NCBI GenBank assembly: GCA_050246755.1
Contig: JBFWVL010000003.1
Location: forward strand, 1 to 64,000
DNA from: Bacteriovoracia bacterium
Lineage (GTDB): Bacteria; Bdellovibrionota; UBA1018; CAIPTA01
Direction of reading: 5' to 3'
Length of the DNA stretch: 64,000 bases
Shown here one piece after another: positions 1-8,375 of this stretch. Each line of letters starts with the position of its first letter. Position 1 is the stretch's first letter. A program made the translations under genes and the position numbers. The notes beneath the pieces are model-generated. The model had not been told where the DNA came from and ran no database searches. It was given only the letters and a program-made list of their open reading frames with translations.

Positions 1-2
1 CG

Positions 3-287
3 ATCATTAAGTCAGACAGCAATCCTCACTACCCAAAGGACGTGAAAAAGTTCTTCCCTAAAGCCCGGCATGTGACGTTTAAGGGAAAGCGAGGGGCCAA
101 TACCGGACAGGGGGAGTTAAAGAAGGTCGTCTTTGATCCGCTCTTTAGCCTTAACCATACCTGCGCGATGTTTCGCGCCAACGTGAACCGGCTAATTAGA
201 AAAACCTGGTGCACGACGAAGCAAGCCGATCGCCTTTATGCGCATCTCGTAATCTACGCGCATTTTCATAACGAAAACTTGGTTTAA
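3..287 (+). mobile_element. 3' end of an IS1-like DDE transposase family gene, truncated by the window edge
   Basis: Frame is open from base 3 (IIKSDSNPHYP...). The C-terminal pattern SDxxxxY...NHTCAMFRANVNRLIRKTWCTTK resembles the IS1-family NxxLRxxxxRLxRKTxCFSK signature. No inverted repeat identified. Confidence 0.5.
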
Positions 288-378
288 GGGCCGCTTCTTT
301 GCAAACCCGCCCTCAAAATCAACAATCATGTAGGCCAGTTTGATTGGGTTTCTAGAATCTCCCTGTCATACTAGAAGT

Positions 379-1500
379 ATGACTCCCTCTCGCCTGAATA
401 CGCTCACTAGCCTCCGCTATTTCTTTGCTGTGGGCGCGGTGGCGATTCATCTCATTCCGGTTTGGGCCAACGAAAGCTATAGCCACTGGCCAGCAGCTTT
501 TCATAACTTGCTGAATGCGGCCTATATCGCGTTGCCTTTTTTCTATGCGCTCTCGGGCTTCGTGCTTTTTTATATGTATCGGCAAGATATGCCGCAAAGG
601 AAGAGCCAGCTGCTCTACTTCTGGGGCAAGCGCTTCGCGCGACTTGCGCCAATTTTTTACCTCTCGCTAATGATGGGGCTCAGCGTGCTCGTCGCCGAGA
701 AGGGCTACGGAACCAGCCCCCGTGAAGCGGGAAGCTATCTTCTCGTGAATCTCGCGTTTCTTTCCGCGTGGTTGCCGGAAAGCTTGGTCATCAATTTTCC
801 CACCTGGTCGGTTTCGGTGGAGATGTTCTGCTACTTTCTCTTTCCTTTTTTCCTTCCGCCTATTGCGCGCCTCTCGAAGAGAAGCGCTTGGGCCGGCGTT
901 CTGATATGTGTGGGATTAGGGGCTGCCATACAAGTCACCGCGGCCCTCGCGTATCCCGCGCTCTGGCGCTGGCCCTGGGACATAGCGGGAGTGAGCCCGG
1001 CGGTCACGAATTTCTTTCAGCTCCATCCGCTCGTGCACTTGCCGGAATTTTTATTTGGCATTTTTCTGGCGCGGGCATGGGAGCAGCGCCGTCCCGCGAC
1101 GGATCACGTCGCGGACCTCATCTTACTCTCGGGATTCGCTCTGATCGCCGGGATGCTGCTTAGCGGAATACCCTGGCCCTTCTTGATGCTCACGAGCTTT
1201 CTTTTTCTTCCCGCAATCGGGCTTCTGCTCTGGGGCGGGGCGGGGAAGCGCGGGCGCTATACTCTCTGGCTCGAATTCCCTTTGCTGCTGCTGCTCGGGG
1301 AGGCGAGCTATGCCGTATATGGATTTCATATGCCGCTGAGTTACTGGTTCTCCCGCACCCTCTCCATTAGCGACGCTCCGTACAAAATGTTCTTTTTATT
1401 TTTATCCGTGCTCACGGGAATCGCGATTTTTTTTCACCGCCTCTATGAGCTGCGCGCAAGGGCATGGCTGATGGGCAGGATCGCGGGATGGCGTAGCTGA
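379..1500 (+). CDS. Acyltransferase-3 (OafA/YrhL-like) membrane O-acyltransferase
   Basis: Motifs LTSLRYF, FFYALSGFVL, KRFARLAP, WSVSVEMFCY, LGEASYAVYGFH; about 10 TM segments. ATG at 379 chosen. Confidence 0.9.
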   Translation: MTPSRLNTLTSLRYFFAVGAVAIHLIPVWANESYSHWPAAFHNLLNAAYIALPFFYALSGFVLFYMYRQDMPQRKSQLLYFWGKRFARLAPIFYLSLMMGLSVLVAEKGYGTSPREAGSYLLVNLAFLSAWLPESLVINFPTWSVSVEMFCYFLFPFFLPPIARLSKRSAWAGVLICVGLGAAIQVTAALAYPALWRWPWDIAGVSPAVTNFFQLHPLVHLPEFLFGIFLARAWEQRRPATDHVADLILLSGFALIAGMLLSGIPWPFLMLTSFLFLPAIGLLLWGGAGKRGRYTLWLEFPLLLLLGEASYAVYGFHMPLSYWFSRTLSISDAPYKMFFLFLSVLTGIAIFFHRLYELRARAWLMGRIAGWRS

Positions 1501-2567
1501 TGGACAGGAAGAATCTCTACTTCGTGAATGCGCCGGTGGATGCCTTCTTCATGGGCGGCCTCTCGATCTTGGTATTTCTCTACTACCAATTTTTCTACCG
1601 CGGCTATAGCCATCTTCAGGTGTCCGATACCGCGATTTCGCTCGCGGTTTTTTTTAATTGGATAGTGAACTATCCGCATTTCGCGGCCACGAGCTACCGA
1701 TTTTACCAGTCCAAAGAGCACCGCGAGGAATTTCGGCTCACGGCTATCCTGATTCCATTTTTAATTTTGCTCGGAACCATCGCGTGCTTCGTGTGGCCCG
1801 AAAAATTCGCGCCTGTATGGACCAAGGTGTATATGATGTGGGCAGTATACCACTATAGCGGGCAGAACTATGGGCTCACGCTGATCTACGCAAAGCGCGC
1901 GAACATCGAAGTGCATACATGGTGGCGTTTCGTGCTTGCCGGCTTTCTCTATTCTTGCTTCGTGGCCCAGCTCACGGCGATGGAAGCCTTGGGAGGAACC
2001 GGCTGGGTAGTGGGGATGACGTTCCCTCTCTTGCAGATTCCTCTCTGGGCTTCCACCCTCATGCGCTACGTGAGCTACGGTTTTGCCTTGGCTTTATTTT
2101 TTTACGCAATTCAGTGGAGCCGCCAACACAAGCGGGGTATCCCCTGGATCGTGGCGTTGCCGGTGGTCGCGCAGTATACTTGGACTCTCCTAAGCGCCCA
2201 GACTTTTTCGTTTCAAATCCTCGTGGCGCTTTTTCACGGCCTGCAGTATCTGCTAGTGGCTTGGGCCATGGAGATGCACCGCCAAGCCGCCTCTCCCTCG
2301 GCCGCAGATAGCTGGTGCTTTCTTTCTTCGCGCACCTTGTATTGGGCCGCAATGATCTTGATTACTGGCGCATTTGTCTTTTTCGGATTGCCCTGGCTAG
2401 TATCTCTTTTGGGTTATGAATTGAAATTTCCGCTTGGGGTCTTTTTCGTATCGGTACAGATTCATCACTTCTTCGTGGACGGCGTGATCTGGAAATTACG
2501 GGGAGAGAAGCATCGCTCGCCCTTGTTCACGAATTTCCGGGCGGCCTTTGCCAAGGGGGGCGCGTGA
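1500..2567 (+). CDS. Polytopic membrane protein with four His motifs, function unknown
   Basis: About 9 hydrophobic helices; PHFAAT, YHYSGQ, FHGLQY, IHHFFVDGVIW; start overlaps the upstream stop codon. Confidence 0.8.
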   Translation: MDRKNLYFVNAPVDAFFMGGLSILVFLYYQFFYRGYSHLQVSDTAISLAVFFNWIVNYPHFAATSYRFYQSKEHREEFRLTAILIPFLILLGTIACFVWPEKFAPVWTKVYMMWAVYHYSGQNYGLTLIYAKRANIEVHTWWRFVLAGFLYSCFVAQLTAMEALGGTGWVVGMTFPLLQIPLWASTLMRYVSYGFALALFFYAIQWSRQHKRGIPWIVALPVVAQYTWTLLSAQTFSFQILVALFHGLQYLLVAWAMEMHRQAASPSAADSWCFLSSRTLYWAAMILITGAFVFFGLPWLVSLLGYELKFPLGVFFVSVQIHHFFVDGVIWKLRGEKHRSPLFTNFRAAFAKGGA

Positions 2568-2800
2568 GCCCCATGCTGCTGAGCATCTTGGCGGTGGGAG
2601 TCGCGCTGCTGCTGCTAATCCCATTCTTAAAAAATTCGCGGCAGAAGCGCTCGCTTGCCATTCTCGGCACGGTCGTGTTCGGAATCGCTGGGCTGGCCTT
2701 CGTGCTGGAAGAAGAAAGAAGCCGCGCGGTGAATCTAATCACTTTCGCGGCTATGATAGGGCTATTCTGGCTCGCCGGAAAATTCGAGGCGAAGGACTAA
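2564..2800 (+). CDS. Small 3-TM membrane protein
   Basis: GTGA overlap with the upstream stop; three hydrophobic segments. Confidence 0.6.
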   Translation: MSPMLLSILAVGVALLLLIPFLKNSRQKRSLAILGTVVFGIAGLAFVLEEERSRAVNLITFAAMIGLFWLAGKFEAKD

Positions 2801-4644
2801 AGAGTAGAGTCGCGCTCTCCGAAGAAGTTGATCGTCGACTCCGTGGGCACGATGCGGAGGCCGTTGAGGGCGTCCATGATGCGTTTGTCCTGGCCATAGA
2901 TATCCGGGCCGAAGAGCAGGTTCGATCCCGAGAGGGCGATCGTAGTGCCCATCACGAATACCGGCATGCGGGTCGTGAGCTGGATCTTTTTCGCCACCAC
3001 GGTGGAATCGGCGATCATGCCATCGATCATATTCTTATCGATGCGCTGATCCTGCAGCAAGCGGTCGGCAAGCTCCACCGGCAATTCGAGACGGATGCAG
3101 CCCGAGCTATTGGCGCGCAGGAGGTTGCCGAAGAGCTCACGGTGATTCGTGTCGTGCATATAGATATCGTGCTTGTTCTTGAGCAGCTGGAACTTAATCC
3201 GGCCCAGGGAATTGTTTGGTCCCGGATCCTCACGGAAAGTATAGGGGGGAGGGTTTTGCACGGTGAACTGGCTCCAGTAGTCGGCGTCGAATTCGTAGGG
3301 GTCGAGCTCGCGGCCGTTTTCCAGGATCTTCATACCTAGCTGGCTAAAGTAGGAGGGATCCTGCATTACTTGCGGGAGAATGTCTTTCACCACGATGGAC
3401 CCCGGGGCGAACCAGTAAGGGTTCACGATCAGGTAGCCGATTTCGTCGGGGAAGGAGGGAGTCTGGCGCAGCGTTTGGCCCACGACCGTTTTCATCGATA
3501 GGGTTTCTTGGCCATTCTGCACTAACCGCATGTGCTGGCGGCCGAGGTCCACGAAAATATAATTCTGGCCGAGATCAACGGGCATTAAGCGCCAGCGTTC
3601 GATGTTCACTTGGAGCTGGCGAATGCGGGCATCGATCGAAGTATCGAGGGCGTTGAGGGTATTGGGGCCAACGAGGCCGTCAGCGGATTTTTTTTGTCCG
3701 GTCTGAAAGTTTTTCACGCCGGCTTCGAGTACGGCATCGTAGGTCGGATTTGGATCGTTACGGTCCACGCCTTCAGGCAGCATGCCGAGGTCGAAGAGGC
3801 GTGCGCGGATCGCAGGCACGTTTTTACTCACCGAGCCCACTTTGAGTTGTTTGTCGGAAACGAGCTTGGGCCAGCCGCCTGACTTTTTGGTGGCCTGGAG
3901 GCGGGTAAGCGCGGTTACCATTTTTTGGTAGATGGGATGCTTGGGCTCGAGCGATTGCAGGCCAGCGTAGAGCGCTTCCGGGGAGGCAAGGATTTCGTTC
4001 AGGAAGGCGTAACTGTTGAACGAGCGTTTTTTGTATTCGATGTCCACGATGTTTTGCGAGGCATCCTGGGGATTGGTGCGGCCGGTAGCGGTATCGTTCG
4101 CGTACTGGAGGTAGGCGATCGTCATGAGCAAGTCGAGTTCGCCGAGGGATTTCACATCGCGGAGGGCGAGGCGGGATTCGGCGTCGGAGCTCCAGTAGAA
4201 GGAAGCGGAGAGGCCTTTGTTCGCGGATTCTTCCACGAGAATTTTGCGCATCATCTGGCCCACGGGAGTGAGGCCATTCATATCTACGAATAGGGGCTGG
4301 AAATTGCGCAGGCTATAGAGACGCTGGGCGATGTCTTTCACCACGTACTGGGGTTGTTTACCGATTTTCAGCGACCCTTTTCCTTGCAGCGAAAGGCGCA
4401 GGAGATCGCCGAGGTTGGCGGCATTGGTTACGGAGGAGAAGGGGCCTACTACTACGGGCTTTGGTTTTCCCATTACCACGGGCGGAGCCGGTTCTTCCGG
4501 TTGCGGTTGGGGGTAGGTAGGATAGGAAGGGCGGGAGGGAATCCCGAAAAGATCGTCGAAAAATCCTGCCTGGGCAGAAGGGGCGGCTAGAACGGCGGCC
4601 AGGAGGAAGAGCTGTGAGAGGCGATTTTTTTGAGCGGATGGCAT
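2797..4644 (-). CDS. Murein L,D-transpeptidase, YcbB/LdtD type (scaffold, PG-binding and YkuD domains)
   Basis: Signal peptide; PG-binding segment (VKNFQ...ADGLVGPNT); NIERWR; YkuD catalytic IYMHDT...SSGCIRL. Confidence 0.92.
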   Translation of the reverse strand: MPSAQKNRLSQLFLLAAVLAAPSAQAGFFDDLFGIPSRPSYPTYPQPQPEEPAPPVVMGKPKPVVVGPFSSVTNAANLGDLLRLSLQGKGSLKIGKQPQYVVKDIAQRLYSLRNFQPLFVDMNGLTPVGQMMRKILVEESANKGLSASFYWSSDAESRLALRDVKSLGELDLLMTIAYLQYANDTATGRTNPQDASQNIVDIEYKKRSFNSYAFLNEILASPEALYAGLQSLEPKHPIYQKMVTALTRLQATKKSGGWPKLVSDKQLKVGSVSKNVPAIRARLFDLGMLPEGVDRNDPNPTYDAVLEAGVKNFQTGQKKSADGLVGPNTLNALDTSIDARIRQLQVNIERWRLMPVDLGQNYIFVDLGRQHMRLVQNGQETLSMKTVVGQTLRQTPSFPDEIGYLIVNPYWFAPGSIVVKDILPQVMQDPSYFSQLGMKILENGRELDPYEFDADYWSQFTVQNPPPYTFREDPGPNNSLGRIKFQLLKNKHDIYMHDTNHRELFGNLLRANSSGCIRLELPVELADRLLQDQRIDKNMIDGMIADSTVVAKKIQLTTRMPVFVMGTTIALSGSNLLFGPDIYGQDKRIMDALNGLRIVPTESTINFFGERDSTL

Positions 4645-4684
4645 AACGGGCTCCAACTTCAGCGAATAAGAAATACGTTCGGCC

Positions 4685-4708
4685 TAGTTATAACGCATAT
4701 AGTTATAA
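4685..4708. promoter_or_regulatory. Putative operator (TTATAAC-N7-GTTATAA) in the AT-rich region upstream of the L,D-transpeptidase
   Basis: Inverted repeat 4688-4694/4702-4708; also a direct repeat TAGTTATAA at 4685 and 4700. Confidence 0.3.
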
Positions 4709-4875
4709 GTGGCAATGTAAAATATACAATTTTAGTCAGATATTAAATAAAGAATAAGAAATTTAAGGACTTATCCTTGTGAGGGGGAAAGTTTAGCCAA
4801 AATAGAAGGTCATAAATCAGGCGCCAAGTAGGCTTATATTCGATTTGGCCTAGCTTTCCTCCTATTTTTGGCACG

Positions 4876-4913
4876 AAAAAAGCGCCTACGGTTGTGGTCC
4901 AAAGGCGCCTTTT
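4876..4913 (-). terminator. Rho-independent terminator of the GST gene
   Basis: On the minus strand a GCGCCT...AGGCGC stem followed by TTTTTT, about 40 nt after the GST stop. Confidence 0.6.
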
Positions 4914-4951
4914 GGGAGTTTTTTATTGGGCTCGATGAGCGGCTTAGTTGC

Positions 4952-5587
4952 CTACGCAAAAATTTCTAGCATCTGCTCTTCTTTGAGCACTTTCTGCACG
5001 GCCGGGCGGGCCAGCACGCGTTTCATGAATGCCTGCACGTTTTTGTACTGCTTGGTATCTATCTCCACGAATTTGGTGAAGCCGAGGTTGATGAAGAGCA
5101 GGCAGTCCGCGATCGTGAAGTTTTTGCCGGTAATAAAATCCTTACCCGCCAGATTTTTTTCGATGTGCTCGAGGTAGGCATGAATATCGGTCAGCGTTTT
5201 CGCCTTGATCTCAGCTTTGGCATCATCCGCAACCATCCATTTGCCGCGAATGCGAAAGAGCGGGGCGAAAGATTTTTGAAAATCCGAGCTGCAGAACGAG
5301 AGCCAACTCATAGTCTCGGCGCGCTCCACTGAGCCGGGGGAGGCGAGGAGCTTCGCTTGCGGGCTATTGTCGGCGATGTATTCCATGATCGCGATCGTTT
5401 GGGTGATGGGCTTTCCGTCGATGGTAATGGCGGGAACCGCGTTAAGCGGATTCACCTTTAAGAGTTCGTCCACGTTCACGTTTCTGCTCCAGCTCACCTC
5501 CACGGGAGTGAATGCCAGGCCCGATTCTACGAGCGCGATGTGAGTGGCGGTGGAGCCGGTTACGGTGGAGTAATAAAATTTCAGCAT
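4952..5587 (-). CDS. Glutathione S-transferase (beta/GstA-like)
   Basis: NPLNAVPAI, ITQTIAIMEYI, FTIADCLLF, RVLARPAVQ. Confidence 0.93.
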   Translation of the reverse strand: MLKFYYSTVTGSTATHIALVESGLAFTPVEVSWSRNVNVDELLKVNPLNAVPAITIDGKPITQTIAIMEYIADNSPQAKLLASPGSVERAETMSWLSFCSSDFQKSFAPLFRIRGKWMVADDAKAEIKAKTLTDIHAYLEHIEKNLAGKDFITGKNFTIADCLLFINLGFTKFVEIDTKQYKNVQAFMKRVLARPAVQKVLKEEQMLEIFA

Positions 5588-5692
5588 TGGGATTCCTCAG
5601 ATTTGTTTAGGTTCTCAAGCTATCACGGGCGGGAGAATGGCGGATTGCGTCGAATGCTGACTTCACCTTTCTCTTCCGCTATAGTTCTCGCT

Positions 5693-6877
5693 ATGGACAT
5701 GAGCTTTCATCTCTGGCTCGAATACGTGATTCGATTCTCGCACTTGGTGGCCGGCGTGGCCTGGATCGGAAGCTCGTTCTATTTCATCTGGATGGATTCC
5801 AGTTTCGAAAGCCCCGAGACGGCGCGACGTAACGTGGAGGGAGAGCTCTTCATGGTGCACGGCGGTTTCTACTACCAGGTGGAAAAGCGCAAGATTTTTC
5901 CGGGGGAACTTCCCAAGGTGCTGCACTGGTTTAAGTGGGAGGCTACCCTTACGGTATTTACCGGCTTCCTTCTCCTGTTCGTTCTCTATTATTTGCGGGG
6001 CGCGAGTTTGCTGATCGACGCGCAAGTATACCCGCTCACGCAGTGGCAGGCGATTGGGTATAGCTTCGGCATCATCGTGGGCTCTTGGTTTCTTTACGAT
6101 CTGATGTGGAATGCCAAATTAGTCCCTAGCAAAGCGGTCAGCACGGTTCTTTCGGTTTTCTTTTTTACCGGCCTCATCTATGGGCTCACGCATCTTTTCA
6201 GCGGGCGCGGAGCTTTTATTCTGGCCGGCGCGGTGATGGGTACGATGATGGTGCTGAACGTGTGGGTGAGAATTTTGCCGGGGCAGGCGAAGATGATCCG
6301 CGAAGCACAGGCGGGCCAGGTGCCGGATTATTCCGTGAGCCTGAAATCCAAAACTCGTTCGGTACACAATACGTATTTTATATTTCCGGTGCTATTCATC
6401 ATGCTCAGCAACCACTATCCGGTGGTGTATTCGCATCCTCTGAATTGGCTGCTGCTGATTATCCTCGGCGTATCGGGTGCGCTCACGCGTCACGCGATGG
6501 TAACGAAGAGCCCCGTGCAGCGCTGGACTTTGTTGCCGGCCGCGATCGGTTTGGGGGCGCTAGTGATGATGACGGGAGCGGAGAAGCACTCGGAGCCCGC
6601 CGGGCCTAAAGTGGAGTTTGCCCAATTGCATGGGATCATGGAGAACCGCTGTTTGGCTTGTCATAGCAGTCATCCTACGGATGATGTTTGGAAAACGGCT
6701 CCGAATGGCGTGGTGCTCGAGAGCGAGGCACAGGTTCGTGCGAAGGCGAACCTGATTCACCTCCACGTGGTGATCGCCAAATCGATGCCGCTCGGGAACA
6801 AGACGAATATGACCGAAGAAGAACGTGCGGTATTTGCTAAATGGCTGAAACAAGAAGCCTTGGTTCAGCCATTTTAG
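5693..6877 (+). CDS. puuD: Urate hydroxylase PuuD (membrane domain plus C-terminal cytochrome c)
   Basis: HLVAGVAWIGSSFYFIWMD, VHGGFYY, LHWFKWEA, RSVHNTYF, MLSNHYP; heme motif CLACH; MPLGNKTNMT. Lies in a urate-pathway context. Confidence 0.93.
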   Translation: MDMSFHLWLEYVIRFSHLVAGVAWIGSSFYFIWMDSSFESPETARRNVEGELFMVHGGFYYQVEKRKIFPGELPKVLHWFKWEATLTVFTGFLLLFVLYYLRGASLLIDAQVYPLTQWQAIGYSFGIIVGSWFLYDLMWNAKLVPSKAVSTVLSVFFFTGLIYGLTHLFSGRGAFILAGAVMGTMMVLNVWVRILPGQAKMIREAQAGQVPDYSVSLKSKTRSVHNTYFIFPVLFIMLSNHYPVVYSHPLNWLLLIILGVSGALTRHAMVTKSPVQRWTLLPAAIGLGALVMMTGAEKHSEPAGPKVEFAQLHGIMENRCLACHSSHPTDDVWKTAPNGVVLESEAQVRAKANLIHLHVVIAKSMPLGNKTNMTEEERAVFAKWLKQEALVQPF

Positions 6878-6890
6878 TTTTTCGGAATAA

Positions 6891-7259
6891 CTAACGAACG
6901 GTGCAGTTGGTGGCAATGGAGATATCGCCTTGTTCGCCGCTAGCGTCTACACTGCCGGAATAGATTCCGCGGCCGGCGTAGTTCGTGTTCAAAATAATTT
7001 TTCCGTTGGAGTCCTGGGCGGTGAAGTGCAAGCTCTGGCCCGTAACGAAGCGGCTGCTCGTCACGCGCATATTGAGCTTCTTCAAAACTTCCGCGTCTTT
7101 TGAGATTACCACGCTGGCCCGGCTGGTGAATCGGGCGCCCGCCATTTTCGCGCGTAGCAGAAGATTATAGCCCATAATGCTTCCGGTGCAGGTGAGCTGG
7201 CTGGCTTGTGCGGCCCCGCTCAGTAAAATAGAACCCAGGATAAACGCAGTTTTTACCAT
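6891..7259 (-). CDS. Small secreted beta-rich protein with terminal cysteines
   Basis: GGAGG RBS, signal peptide ending AAQA, LTC at the mature N-terminus and CTVR at the C-terminus. Confidence 0.75.
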   Translation of the reverse strand: MVKTAFILGSILLSGAAQASQLTCTGSIMGYNLLLRAKMAGARFTSRASVVISKDAEVLKKLNMRVTSSRFVTGQSLHFTAQDSNGKIILNTNYAGRGIYSGSVDASGEQGDISIATNCTVR

Positions 7260-7369
7260 GTAACCTCCAAATGTTTTCAACCCTATAGTTAGGGTATATA
7301 GAATAGTTTTAATTTTCTACAAGAACGGTTTAGCCGCAGCAGCTGACACCGCAGCGGAGAAGCGCTGCG

Positions 7370-8375
7370 TTAGGCGAAGATCCGGATGCGATTGATGCCG
7401 CCGTCGGGGTAAGTTTTCACTTGAACGGCGGTGAAAATTTCCGCGTGGGGGAAATGAAATTCCTGCCGATTCCCCGCAAAGGCCTTGGCCTTCGTTTTCG
7501 GCACTAGCTCGATCCATTTATTCCCGCTGAGGCCATGCAGGCTTACATAGAGGGGATTATTGTTCACGAAAAAAGTGTAATCGAGCTCCACGCGGCCGAT
7601 CTGGGTGGGAGCGGCGAGCTCGATGACTACCTCTTCGTGATGGCCTGGATCGCGGGAGCGCGAAGATTCCATTCCGTCGAACATATGAATTGGCGGGTAG
7701 GGGGAGATTACCTGGGCCGCGGGGCCGTAGTGTTCATTGCTGGCGCTCACTAGCTTGGCGCCGAAGGCTTGGCTGGCGAAATCGATCTCGGCGCCGGAAT
7801 GGAAGTTCTTTCTCTTTTCTTCGGCCGAAAACGTATAGGGAATGGTTAGAGGTTTGCGCGTTTTCGGAATGGCTTCGTCAAAACGGAGGCTCTTGGCGCC
7901 CGGGGAAAAATTCCTGGCTTCGGATTCGGGAAGGTCTTGGTAGAGCCCGAGGCGGGAGAAGCCCCCGTCCGGGAACATCTCCACACGAATTTGATCGTAC
8001 ACGGTGGTATTCAAGCCGAGGTCGAAGCGCAGTAGCGAATGGCCTTGCAGAGGAGTTTTCGGCAGGATTTCCCGCCAGGTGCCATGGCTGAGCCCAAAGA
8101 GGGCCACGAACTCGGCTTGATTTCCATCATGGAACTTCGTGGAGAGCGAAGCGTAGCGGATGGAGGACGGCTTCCTCAGTTCCAGCACCAGCGTTTCTTT
8201 GCCGAGCGGGTTATGGCGAGCCGACTCCCAGCTATCCATGACCTTACCCTGATCGCAGAAAAGCTCGGGATTAAATAGGGGGAGGTGGGGGGAGATCAAG
8301 TTCTCGGCGCGCGCGAACTTTTGGTTGGTGCAGGAGAGAATCTTCGCGCCCACCAGAATATTTCGGGAAGCGAGG
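7370..8375 (-). other. Allantoicase domain (two repeats) of the fusion
   Basis: GKVMDSWESAR...FPDGGFSRL and SNEHYG...FDGMESSRSRDPGH...YPDGGINRIR. Boundaries approximate. Confidence 0.88.

Noticed and set aside
288-340. Possible terminal inverted repeat of the IS1-like element
   Set aside because: The other end is outside the window and no IS1-type terminus or target duplication can be verified.
2548-3339. 263-aa plus-strand ORF
   Set aside because: Antisense shadow of the L,D-transpeptidase with no recognisable motifs.
4869-4884. Sigma54-like TGGCACGAAAAAAGC on the plus strand
   Set aside because: It overlaps the GST terminator, lacks TTGC and points into the 3' end of an antisense gene.
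4952-5587. GST as part of the urate pathway (divergent from puuD)
   Set aside because: No pathway step needs it, and adjacency alone is insufficient.
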